A DNA stretch of 43,700 nucleotides from positions 33,049-76,748 of the forward strand of contig MFVE01000006.1 of assembly GCA_001785985.1 (NCBI GenBank). Reading direction: 5' to 3'. Position numbers and translations under genes: made by a program. Under the pieces are notes generated by a model. It was not told the DNA's origin and ran no database searches. It saw nothing but the letters and a program-made list of their open reading frames with translations. Every line of letters starts with the position of its first letter. The stretch's first letter is position 1. Origin of the DNA: Candidatus Nomurabacteria bacterium RIFCSPLOWO2_01_FULL_42_17 (GTDB lineage: Bacteria; Patescibacteriota; Minisyncoccia; Phycocordibacterales; UBA9973). Below, piece after piece: positions 17,751 to 26,554 of the stretch.

Positions 17751-18899
17751 ATGAATAAATTACAAAGAAAGGGACTCCGAACTTGGATTGAAATTGATCG
17801 AAAAGCTATCGCGCACAATCTTTCGGTTTTTCAATCGCTAATCAATAAAAAAACAAAACTCATGGCGGTAATAAAGTCCAACGCTTACGGCCATAGCCTT
17901 ATTGATTTTGCCAGAGAAATATCCAAGTCTGGTGTTGATTTCTTCGGGGTAGATTCTATAGTTGAGGGTTTAGCTTTGCGAAAAGAGGGAATTAAAACGC
18001 CCATCTTGGTCTTGGGCTACACTCTCCCGGAGATGGTCGCCCTAGCCGCGGACAATAATATCTCTCTATCCGTATCAACTTTTGAATCACTCGAATATGT
18101 CGTCGCCAATCAAAAACATTTTACCAAGTCTTTAAATATTCATATCAAAGTAGATACGGGCATGCATCGTCAAGGATTTTTAATGGAAGATCGTAAAAAA
18201 GTTTTGAAAATTATTGATTCGCATAAAAACTATAATTTTAATGTTGCAGGAATATTTACTCATTTTGCTTCGGCGAAAAATCCCGCTTTTCCTAAAGACA
18301 CAGAAATGCAAATGCAAGATTTTAAATTATGGGTCGCGGATTTTAAAAGAAAAGGCCTTAATCCGATCGCTCACGCGGCAGCCACTGCGGGTACTATGCT
18401 TTTTCCGGATTCTCACTTCGATATGGTGCGCGTAGGCATCGGGCTTTACGGGCTCTGGCCGGCGAGAGAAGTCAAAGCCGCTCTCCAAGATAAAATTTCT
18501 CTGAAGCCAGTGCTTGCATGGAAATCAATAATTACGGAAATTAAAAAACAACCCAAAGGCAGCAGGATCGGATATGATCTGACTGAATCTTTGCCAGATG
18601 CTGGCGTCGTGGCTATCGTGCCGGTAGGATATTGGCATGGTTATCCTCGCGCACTATCTTCACTGGGCAAGATGCTTGTAGACGGGAAGGAATGCAAAGT
18701 ACTAGGCAGAATTTCCATGGATATGATTTGCATTGATGTCACCAAAATAAAAAATCTAGCTGTAGGAGATGAAGTGACAGTCATTGGCAAGGATAGCGAT
18801 TCACCGTGCTCTATGGAAGGTATCAGCAATATCTTAGATTTGTCCTGGTATGAGACTGTAACTCGACTCAATCCCTTGATTAAGAGAATTTATTTATAA
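17751..18899 (+). CDS. alr: Alanine racemase
   Basis: AVIKSNAYGH (PLP lysine), KVDTGMHRQG, MVRVGIGLYG, GRISMD. Confidence 0.97.
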   Translation: MNKLQRKGLRTWIEIDRKAIAHNLSVFQSLINKKTKLMAVIKSNAYGHSLIDFAREISKSGVDFFGVDSIVEGLALRKEGIKTPILVLGYTLPEMVALAADNNISLSVSTFESLEYVVANQKHFTKSLNIHIKVDTGMHRQGFLMEDRKKVLKIIDSHKNYNFNVAGIFTHFASAKNPAFPKDTEMQMQDFKLWVADFKRKGLNPIAHAAATAGTMLFPDSHFDMVRVGIGLYGLWPAREVKAALQDKISLKPVLAWKSIITEIKKQPKGSRIGYDLTESLPDAGVVAIVPVGYWHGYPRALSSLGKMLVDGKECKVLGRISMDMICIDVTKIKNLAVGDEVTVIGKDSDSPCSMEGISNILDLSWYETVTRLNPLIKRIYL

Positions 18900-18966
18900 C
18901 TGTGGTTTAAATGGGCTCAAATGTCTCGAGGTTGCTTTCTAGTGATTTTTAATATAATATCTAACC

Positions 18967-19125
18967 ATGTCACAAGATAGACTTATAAAATTTGCTTGCG
19001 GAACCTGCAAACATGTAAATTACTGGTCCAGCAAAAACAAGAAACTCGTTACTAAAAAAATCGAGCTCAAAAAGTATTGCAAGTGGTGTCGTAAACAAAC
19101 GAAACACAAGGAAACAAAAAAGTAG
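18967..19125 (+). CDS. rpmG: 50S ribosomal protein L33 (Zn-binding)
   Basis: Hand translation: MSQDRLIKFACGTCKHVNYWSSKNKKLVTKKIELKKYCKWCRKQTKHKETKK; below the ORF-track cutoff. Confidence 0.96.
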   Translation: MSQDRLIKFACGTCKHVNYWSSKNKKLVTKKIELKKYCKWCRKQTKHKETKK

Positions 19126-19209
19126 TTTATTAAAAAACTGCTCTATGTTAAAATACTAGTGAATTGTTGTTGTCTGTAAACCTTAAACCACAAATCTCAG
19201 GAGGCCCTT

Positions 19210-19296
19210 ATGGTAATCGCTATCATTGTTTTTGCTGCGATACTTCTTGCCATTGTTCTATGGCACTGGGTTGCGGTATTGCGCGAAGGCAAATAA
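19210..19296 (+). CDS. 28-aa single-TM small protein
   Basis: MVIAIIVFAAILLAIVLWHWVAVLREGK; SD AGGAGG upstream, TGtTAAAAT promoter near 19146, strong terminator downstream. Confidence 0.65.
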   Translation: MVIAIIVFAAILLAIVLWHWVAVLREGK

Positions 19297-19303
19297 TCTA
19301 TAT

Positions 19304-19344
19304 CGCCCCACAGCAGTTTGGTCTGCTGTGGGGCGCGTCTTTTT
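19304..19344 (+). terminator. Intrinsic terminator
   Basis: cgccccacagcag-tttggt-ctgctgtggggcg (13-bp perfect stem) followed by cgtcttttt. Confidence 0.85.
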
Positions 19345-19479
19345 ACATACAGCGCATTGCAAAAACCTTTCTGGAAAGGTATAAATAAAAGGTATCAAAC
19401 CTTTTGATACGACGTCGACTCGGACATTGTGAATGAGAGTACTCGTTCACATGCTCCTCGCTAGTCGTAATAAAGCTAC

Positions 19480-19550
19480 GGGTCCATAGTTTAGAGGTAG
19501 AATTTCCCTCTCCAAAAGGGAAGACCGAGGTTCGATTCCTCGTGGGCCCG
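19480..19550 (+). tRNA. tRNA-Trp (CCA)
   Basis: Acceptor GGGTCCA/TGGGCCC, anticodon arm TCCCT-CTCCAAA-AGGGA, T arm CGAGG-TTCGATT-CCTCG, G discriminator. Confidence 0.93.
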
Positions 19551-19557
19551 CCTTCGG

Positions 19558-19908
19558 TTAAACTACTGGTGCTTCTTTTTCGAATGAGTGCAAGACAGCG
19601 CTCACGATTGCGAGCACTATACCGAAGACGAGCGCCCACCAGAAACTATCAACTGTAAATCCCGGCACAATACTTGCAGCCAACATAACGAGGAAGCCAT
19701 TGATGACGAACACAAAGAGTCCGAGGGTTAAAATTGTAACTGGTAAAGTCAGCACCACAAGGAGCGGACGCAAGAAAGCATTTATAATTCCGAGAACCAA
19801 TGCCAAGACGAGCGCCGCAACCAGCCCAGTCACATGAACTCCGGGCAAAACATAAGCCGATATTAATATAGCTACAGCCGCAACCAACCAATGAATTAAA
19901 ATTTTCAT
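19558..19908 (-). CDS. Phage-holin-family (YvlD-like) 4-TM membrane protein
   Basis: LPGVHV, GIINAFLRP, LTLPVTILTLGLF..VING, PGFTVDSFWWA. Confidence 0.9.
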   Translation of the reverse strand: MKILIHWLVAAVAILISAYVLPGVHVTGLVAALVLALVLGIINAFLRPLLVVLTLPVTILTLGLFVFVINGFLVMLAASIVPGFTVDSFWWALVFGIVLAIVSAVLHSFEKEAPVV

Positions 19909-20006
19909 AGTTATCTGATCTACTAATCTAATAATATTTTAATTATAACTTAATCTTCTATTTCTTGGCAAGGAAGTTTTCCACAACCATGTGATACAAT
20001 ACAAAA

Positions 20007-21647
20007 ATGGCAAAAACAGCCAAAAACGTAGCTGAAATTATCGTAAATTGTCTGGAAAAACATGGTATCAAATATATTTTTGGCGTACCCGGGGAGGAAA
20101 ATCTGACTTTTTTAGAGGCCGTTAAAAATTCTAAAATTACTTTCATCACCACTCGCACTGAACAGGGAGCGGCATTTATGGCCGCTACAGTTGGCCGGAT
20201 GACAGGTAAAGTCGGTGTAGCGCTTTCTACTCTGGGCCCCGGGGCAACGAATCTAATGACAGGGGTGGCATATGCGGAGCTCGGAGGTTTTCCGCTTTTG
20301 GTTATTACCGGCCAGAAAGCAATTAAAAAGAATAAACAAGGGAAATTTCAGATTATTGATGTGGTGGGCATGATGAAGACAGTTACAAAATTTTCTAAGA
20401 CGATTACTGCGGGCGATCAAGTGCCAAGCATGATGAGCGAAGCAATCAGTCTCGCCGAAACCGAACGCCCCGGCGCGGTGCATTTGGAACTGCCTGAAGA
20501 TATTGCCGAAGAATCATGTGATGCTGTTCCGCTCGATCCAAAAAAAATTATTTATAATAAAGCAGATGATAAATCCATAAATCTAGCGCTGAATGAAATC
20601 CAAAAATCAAAACACCCGATCATTATTTTAGGCGGAGGATTAAATAGACAGACGAATAAAATTTTTTTACGCAAAGCAATTGATGCATTTTTAAAAAAGA
20701 CAGGCATACCTTTTGTCTCGACGCAGATGGGAAAGGGAGCGGGGGATGAGACCTCTCAGCTATACATTGGCACGACGGCTCTATCGCAGGGTGAATATGT
20801 GCATCAAGCGCTTCGTCATGCGGATCTAATACTTATGATTGGGCATGATGTGATTGAAAAGCCCCCAATGATTTTAACGGCGCAAAAAATTATCCACATA
20901 AATTTCTTTTCTTCTATGGCTCCCGATGTTTATGTTCCGACACACGAAGTCATCGGAGATATTTCTCATACTCTTCTTATTTTAACTAAGAAACTATCTG
21001 CTCGAAGTGAATGGGATTTTGATTATTTTTTTAAGATGCGAGATATGTTGAAAAAAGATATCGCTACATTTTCACAGTCTCCTGATTTTCCACTTCGGCC
21101 GGAGAGAATTATTTCAGACATACAAAAAACATTACAGAAGGGTGACATTCTTGCCTTGGACAACGGCATGTACAAGCTATATTTTGCCCGCAATTTTATC
21201 TCAAGAGAATTCCACGGCATTATTCTGGACAACACTCTGGCGACCATGGGCGCGGGCTTGCCTGCTGGGATTTCGCTGAAAATTCTCTACCCTAATAAAA
21301 AAGTTTTAGTTGTCTCGGGGGATGGAGGAATCATGATGAGCGTCGCAGAATTAGAAACAGCTGTTCGATTAGGAATAAATCTAGTAGTATTGATTTTGGA
21401 TGATTCGGGTTTTGGGATGATCCGCTGGAAACAAAAAGGAATGAATTTATCTTCATTCGGACTTTCTTTCAATAATCCAGATTTCATGACCCTTGCAAAA
21501 AGTTTCGGCGCAGTCGGGTATAAAGTTAAAAAAACGGAAGCCTTGCTTCCGTTTTTAGAAAAGGCGCTTAATTCTAAGGGTGTGCATATTATAGTTTGCC
21601 CTATCAATTACGAGGAGGCAAATGAATATTTAGGAAAAATAGTATAA
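20007..21647 (+). CDS. ThDP-dependent acetolactate-synthase-like enzyme (possibly a 2-oxoacid decarboxylase)
   Basis: FGVPGEENL, EQGAAFMA, TLGPGATN, LATMGAG, GDGG...DDSGFGMIRWKQ. Confidence 0.9.
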   Translation: MAKTAKNVAEIIVNCLEKHGIKYIFGVPGEENLTFLEAVKNSKITFITTRTEQGAAFMAATVGRMTGKVGVALSTLGPGATNLMTGVAYAELGGFPLLVITGQKAIKKNKQGKFQIIDVVGMMKTVTKFSKTITAGDQVPSMMSEAISLAETERPGAVHLELPEDIAEESCDAVPLDPKKIIYNKADDKSINLALNEIQKSKHPIIILGGGLNRQTNKIFLRKAIDAFLKKTGIPFVSTQMGKGAGDETSQLYIGTTALSQGEYVHQALRHADLILMIGHDVIEKPPMILTAQKIIHINFFSSMAPDVYVPTHEVIGDISHTLLILTKKLSARSEWDFDYFFKMRDMLKKDIATFSQSPDFPLRPERIISDIQKTLQKGDILALDNGMYKLYFARNFISREFHGIILDNTLATMGAGLPAGISLKILYPNKKVLVVSGDGGIMMSVAELETAVRLGINLVVLILDDSGFGMIRWKQKGMNLSSFGLSFNNPDFMTLAKSFGAVGYKVKKTEALLPFLEKALNSKGVHIIVCPINYEEANEYLGKIV

Positions 21648-21654
21648 TGTAAAA

Positions 21655-23022
21655 ATGCCAATTCAATCAAAAAATCCAGCAACTGAAGAAGTTTTAAAAA
21701 GTTTTAAAGAAATTTCAGATGATGAGCTTGAAAACAAACTTTCGCTGGGAGAGGAAGCTTTTAGGTCTTGGAAAAAAACTTCATTCAACGAACGAGCAAC
21801 TTTGATGCGTAAATTAGCAGAATATCTTCGCAGTCATACTGAAGAATTTTCAAAATTACAGATGCTCGAGATGGGGAAAACAATGAAGTCTGGCCCAGTC
21901 GGAATCGAGAAATGCGCTTCTCTTTGTGATTATTATGTAGACAATGCAGAAACAATTTTAAAGAACGAAGTGTTAACTACAGACAAAAAAGAACAGTATG
22001 TCCAGTTTGATCCGCTGGGTGCGGTGCTCGCGATCATGCCATGGAATTTTCCGTTTTGGCAGGTTTATCGTTTTGCTGTGCCGGCTTTGATGGCTGGCAA
22101 TGTCGGCCTGCTCAAACACGCATCAAACGTGCCCCAGTGCGCAGAAGCGATAGCAGAATCTTTCCGAGCTTGTGGGTTCCCCGAAGGCGTTTTTCAAAAT
22201 TTACTTCTTTCTGCGTCTCGAGTCGAAGGTGTGATTCGAGATCCTAGAATTGCTGCAGTTACTTTGACTGGCAGTGAGAAGGCAGGTAGTGAGGTGGCAC
22301 GCGTAGCTGGCGAAGAAATAAAAAAAGTGGTGCTGGAGCTGGGCGGCAGTGACCCTTTTATTGTTTTTGGCGATGCAGATATCAATCAGGCGGCTAAAAT
22401 TGCCGTGCTCTCGAGACTTCAAGGCAATACTGGACAAAGCTGTATTTCTGCAAAACGTTTTATCGTCGAAGAAAATATCAAAGATAAATTTACTAAAATG
22501 GTGGTAGAAGAATTTTCAAAATTATCCGTCGGGGATCCGAGTAATAAAGAAACAGACATCGGACCTCTTGCCACAGAGCAAATTTTATCAGAAGTTCAAA
22601 AGCAAGTTGAAAAATCAGTATCGCTTGGCGCAAAAATCATCTATGGCGGACAGAGGAGGAGCGGGAAAGGATATTTTTATTTGCCGACAGTCATGACAGA
22701 TATAAAAAAGGGCATGCCGGTTTATGATGAAGAAGTTTTTGGTCCAGTTCTGCCAATTATTTCTTTTAAAGATGAAACAGAAGCAATAAAAATCGCAAAT
22801 GACACTAGATACGGTCTCGGCGCATCCATTTTTACTTCCGATATAAAAAAGGCTGAACGTATTGTTCCGCTCATTGAAGCAGGGAATGTGTGCGTGAATG
22901 ATATGGTCAAATCTGACATACGCGCGCCCTTTGGGGGAATAAAAAAGTCCGGATACGGTAGAGAACTGGGCACTTATGGTATAAAAGAATTTGTTAATAT
23001 AAAAAATGTTTGGTTTAACTAA
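21655..23022 (+). CDS. NAD(P)-dependent succinate-semialdehyde dehydrogenase-like aldehyde dehydrogenase
   Basis: IMPWNFPFWQ, LKHASNVP, TGSEKAG, LELGGSDPF, GQSCISAKR, EEVFGP, SGYGRELG. Confidence 0.93.
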   Translation: MPIQSKNPATEEVLKSFKEISDDELENKLSLGEEAFRSWKKTSFNERATLMRKLAEYLRSHTEEFSKLQMLEMGKTMKSGPVGIEKCASLCDYYVDNAETILKNEVLTTDKKEQYVQFDPLGAVLAIMPWNFPFWQVYRFAVPALMAGNVGLLKHASNVPQCAEAIAESFRACGFPEGVFQNLLLSASRVEGVIRDPRIAAVTLTGSEKAGSEVARVAGEEIKKVVLELGGSDPFIVFGDADINQAAKIAVLSRLQGNTGQSCISAKRFIVEENIKDKFTKMVVEEFSKLSVGDPSNKETDIGPLATEQILSEVQKQVEKSVSLGAKIIYGGQRRSGKGYFYLPTVMTDIKKGMPVYDEEVFGPVLPIISFKDETEAIKIANDTRYGLGASIFTSDIKKAERIVPLIEAGNVCVNDMVKSDIRAPFGGIKKSGYGRELGTYGIKEFVNIKNVWFN

Positions 23023-23044
23023 AATATTTTTGATCTGAAAAAGG

Positions 23045-23100
23045 AAAACCAGCAGACTTTCTTGCAGAATATGCAGAAGTGATCTACTGGTTTATTGTGA
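23045..23100 (-). terminator. 3' hairpin/terminator, copy A (shared with 41063-41117)
   Basis: Minus strand: tcacaataaaccagtagatcacttctgcatattctgcaagaaagtctgctggtttt. Confidence 0.8.
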
Positions 23101-23114
23101 TTGTTTGGGTTTAT

Positions 23115-24119
23115 TTAACCCCCGCTCCCAAATTGCTCATCGAAGACAATATCCGAGGTGGAGAAGTCTAGCTTTTTCAAAAATTCAGCTGACTCCCTGG
23201 CTCCGTGTTCGCGGTCCATCCCTCCGTCTTCCCATTCGACAGACAACGGGCCTGTGTATTTTATGTAATTCAGCGCACGGATGATGGACCTAAAGTCTAC
23301 ATTACCGTGACCTAGGCTCTTGAAATCCCATGCGCGAATGGGATTGTGGAATTCGGTGTGCCCACCAAATACGCCGGCCTCTGCTTTTTCTCTCCAGATC
23401 ACATCTTTCATGTGTACGTGGAAGATGCGGTCGGCGAATTCGTAGATAAAACGAACGTAATCCACTCGCTGGTACCCGAGGTGGCTAGGATCATAATTGA
23501 TTCCGAAACGACGATGTTTGCCGACAGCCGAGAGGGCTGTGCGGAAGCTGGCGATGTCAAATGCAATTTCGGTTGGGTGAACTTCCAAACCAAAGTTAAC
23601 GTTGCATTCTTCACAAACATCAAGGATCGGGCCAAATCTTCTGGCGAAGTCATCGAAACCGTCCTTGATCATGCTTTTCGGTACCGGTGGAAAACTGTAC
23701 ATCAACGGCCAGATCTTTGAACCAGTGAATCCGTTGACTACGTTGACTCCGAATCGACGAGCTGCACGAATTGTCGCGATCATTTCCTCAGCCGCGCGCC
23801 GTCGGACGTTTTCAGGATGGCCATCATCCCAGACGTGTGCGGGGAGTATAGCTTTGTGACGCTCGTCGATGTTGTCGCAGATTGCCTGACCGACGAGATG
23901 AGCTGAAATTGCGTGACACTGCATGCCGCATAATTCCAATAACTTACGTTTTATTTGACAGTAAGCTTCATCAGCTTTTTGCACTTCGAAGTGGTCTCCC
24001 CAACAAGCAAGTTCTAGGCCATCATAGCCGAAATCTCTCGCGTTTAGGGCCATGTCTCGGAGTGGAAGGTCGGCCCATTGGCCGGTGAAAAGCGTCTTCG
24101 GACGCCCATTGATTCTCAT
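23115..24119 (-). CDS. Sugar phosphate isomerase/epimerase (xylose-isomerase-like TIM barrel)
   Basis: [53 protein letters not shown]. Confidence 0.92.
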   Translation of the reverse strand: MRINGRPKTLFTGQWADLPLRDMALNARDFGYDGLELACWGDHFEVQKADEAYCQIKRKLLELCGMQCHAISAHLVGQAICDNIDERHKAILPAHVWDDGHPENVRRRAAEEMIATIRAARRFGVNVVNGFTGSKIWPLMYSFPPVPKSMIKDGFDDFARRFGPILDVCEECNVNFGLEVHPTEIAFDIASFRTALSAVGKHRRFGINYDPSHLGYQRVDYVRFIYEFADRIFHVHMKDVIWREKAEAGVFGGHTEFHNPIRAWDFKSLGHGNVDFRSIIRALNYIKYTGPLSVEWEDGGMDREHGARESAEFLKKLDFSTSDIVFDEQFGSGG

Positions 24120-24211
24120 AGTTGTTTTCCTTTTTTTTGATTGGTTTGTTGAGTTGTATTAGCCCATTTTCAATGTGCTAATTTTGATAATTTTTAACAC
24201 ATATTTACCAT

Positions 24212-25072
24212 TTACGCAAGGGGTCTTAAAACCTGTTTATTTAGCACAACTTTTTGAATTTTCGATGCATCCAACCATTTAATTTCTTTATCTCTTTTGA
24301 ACCAAGTCATCTGGCGTTTTGCATATTTTAAAGTTTCCTGAATTACTTTTTCTGGAGTGGGTTTATAATATTCAAAGCCCAATTCTTTTAACCTTTTATC
24401 TGAAATTCCAGCCTTTTTTAGTTTTTTAATTTCTTTTAACAAACCATCTTTAAACATTTTTTCTACTCTTTTTTCTATTTTCTTTTTTAATTTATCCGAC
24501 GGTAAATATAAACCTATTTTTATAAATCTATACATAGGTTTAACCTCTGTAATTTTTGGGACTTTACCAAGAGCTTTCGCTATCTCAATCGCTCTGATTA
24601 ATCTGACTTTATTTCTCGGATCTATATTTTTTGCTCTTTCTGGATCAAGTTTTTGCAGTTTTAGCATTAGTACGCGGTCGCTTACTAATGCTAAGCGTTT
24701 ACGAAGGGCATGGTTCGGTGGGACTTCTGGAAAAACAATACCTCTTGTCACTGCATCAATATAAAATCCCGTGCCGCCGCAAATTATTGGGATTTTACCA
24801 CGGGCAATTATTTCTTTTATTTTATTTTCTGCTAAGTTTTTATATTTAGCTACAGTGAATTTTCTTTTTGGATCTGCAACATCTAGTAAATAATGAGGGG
24901 TACCTTTCATTTCTTTTTCTGTAATTTTTCCGGTACCAATATCAAGACCCTTGTAAACTTGTCTTGAGTCAGCTGAGATTATTTCTCCATCTACTTTTCG
25001 GGCAATTTTTACCGCCAAAGCGCTTTTACCTGTAGCTGTTTGACCCAGAATTACGATAATCGGTTTAAACAT
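24212..25072 (-). CDS. miaA: tRNA dimethylallyltransferase
   Basis: GQTATGKS, ISADSRQVYKGLDIGTGK, GGTGFY, YAKRQMTWF. Confidence 0.97.
   Translation of the reverse strand: MFKPIIVILGQTATGKSALAVKIARKVDGEIISADSRQVYKGLDIGTGKITEKEMKGTPHYLLDVADPKRKFTVAKYKNLAENKIKEIIARGKIPIICGGTGFYIDAVTRGIVFPEVPPNHALRKRLALVSDRVLMLKLQKLDPERAKNIDPRNKVRLIRAIEIAKALGKVPKITEVKPMYRFIKIGLYLPSDKLKKKIEKRVEKMFKDGLLKEIKKLKKAGISDKRLKELGFEYYKPTPEKVIQETLKYAKRQMTWFKRDKEIKWLDASKIQKVVLNKQVLRPLA
24661..24694. repeat. In-frame palindrome in miaA
   Basis: ttagcattagta-cgcggtcgct-tactaatgctaa (12-bp arms), encoding LALVSDRVLML. Confidence 0.8.
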
Positions 25073-26404
25073 TTAGATTCTTTTTATATCCGCTCCTAGA
25101 TCAGTCAGTTTCGCGACAATATTTTCATAGCCCCGATCAATATGATTTTGCGGATCATTAATGATAGTTTTTCCCGGAGCCACTAATCCCGCCAAAAGCA
25201 TATCAATGCCTGCACGGACGTCGTGAGAACTCATTTCTGCGGGCCGCAATTTGACGGGGCCATAAACAGATGCGCCGTAAGTTCCACCCGGGAGATATTC
25301 TGAATCATTGAAATTATAATATTCCGCTCCGTGATTTTTGGGATGAAAAAGGCTATATTTTATTCCCATTTTTTTTAACTCTTCCAGATATCTCCAACGG
25401 GTTTCGAAAATTCTCTCATGAATGATCGATTCGCCCTTTGCCATAGAAGCTAAGAGGAGTGTAATAAGTGGCTGCCAATCTGTTACAAATCCTGGATGCA
25501 TTTCGGTGGTTATATTAGTTGGTTTTAATGGATAATTAATTTTTTTTATCCTAGCAACATTATTTTTGAAACTTATTTCCACGCCCATGTCACCAAGCGC
25601 GCTGGTAAATTTATTTAAAAGCGCAGGAACTGCGTTTTTCACAACTATATGTCCGCCTGTCATTACGGATAATACTAAGGCAGTAGCTGCTTCTAGACGA
25701 TCAGGAATAGCAGTCGTCTCTACTCCATTTAGAAATGGTTTGACGCCTATGATCTCGATCGCTCTAGGTTCAATTCTTTTTATTTTTGCTCCCATCTCGT
25801 TTAGGCATTTGATTAGATTATCTACTTCTGGTTCTTCCGCGGCATTTTTTAAAATAATTTTTCCACTATTGAAAACGGAAGCCAGAATCAAATTTTCCGT
25901 GCCGCAATGGGTATTTTTTTCAAAAGTATAAACTGCTGATTTTGGCCGTCGAGGCATGAAAATTTCTAAACAATTATTGCCCCTTTTTATAATTTTGCCG
26001 CCCAGGGCTTCAATGCCGGCTAAATGTCTGTTGATCGGACGTTTGCCGATAGTCGCATCTCCTTTGGGAGGATAGATGACCACGTGTCCGGTACGCGCCA
26101 AGGTTGCTCCGATGAATATCACCGACTGGCGAGCTGACATGGATTCAAGGGGAATTTCTGAAGAATAAATATCGGCGCATTGTATGGCGACTGAATTTTT
26201 TTTAATAAACTGAATTGATGCGCCCAGAGATGTGAGCGCGTCCAGACTTCGGTAAGTGTCGGAAATCCTCGCGATATTATGAAAAACGCACTTCTTTTTA
26301 GTTAAAAGAGATGCGATCAACAATTTAGGCGCGGCGTTTTTCGCACCGGATACAGTGTAGGTACCCTTTAATTTTTTCCCTCCATGAATAATAAATTTGC
26401 TCAT
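25073..26404 (-). CDS. murA: UDP-N-acetylglucosamine 1-carboxyvinyltransferase (divergent)
   Basis: SGAKNAA, IGKRPINRH, GTEN, NAAEEPEV, PDRLEA, HPGFVTDWQ, DVRAG, IDRGYE. Confidence 0.92.
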   Translation of the reverse strand: MSKFIIHGGKKLKGTYTVSGAKNAAPKLLIASLLTKKKCVFHNIARISDTYRSLDALTSLGASIQFIKKNSVAIQCADIYSSEIPLESMSARQSVIFIGATLARTGHVVIYPPKGDATIGKRPINRHLAGIEALGGKIIKRGNNCLEIFMPRRPKSAVYTFEKNTHCGTENLILASVFNSGKIILKNAAEEPEVDNLIKCLNEMGAKIKRIEPRAIEIIGVKPFLNGVETTAIPDRLEAATALVLSVMTGGHIVVKNAVPALLNKFTSALGDMGVEISFKNNVARIKKINYPLKPTNITTEMHPGFVTDWQPLITLLLASMAKGESIIHERIFETRWRYLEELKKMGIKYSLFHPKNHGAEYYNFNDSEYLPGGTYGASVYGPVKLRPAEMSSHDVRAGIDMLLAGLVAPGKTIINDPQNHIDRGYENIVAKLTDLGADIKRI

Positions 26405-26421
26405 ATATTTTTATTTTTCTG

Positions 26422-26505
26422 TGCCGGGAGAGAGAATCGAACTCTCATGATGTTGCCATCAATAGATTTTGAGTCTATCGCGTCTACCAATTCCGCCATC
26501 CCGGC
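26422..26505 (-). tRNA. tRNA-Leu (CAA)
   Basis: GCCGGGATGGCGGAATTGGTAGACGCG, anticodon arm ATAGA-CTCAAAA-TCTAT, long variable arm, T-loop TTCGATT. Confidence 0.95.
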
Positions 26506-26554
26506 AAGTTTTACACATTTACACTTTACTAAATTTTTATGTTAAAATCAATTC

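Noticed and set aside
19558-19908. Prophage lysis gene
   Set aside because: This 4-TM holin-like family is a common chromosomal membrane protein, and no endolysin or phage context is present.
23045-23100. Integron attC site (AAC...GTT hairpin with bulges)
   Set aside because: The ends do not fit RYYYAAC/GTTRRRY, the genes are not arrayed and no integrase is present. Kept as a shared terminator-like motif.
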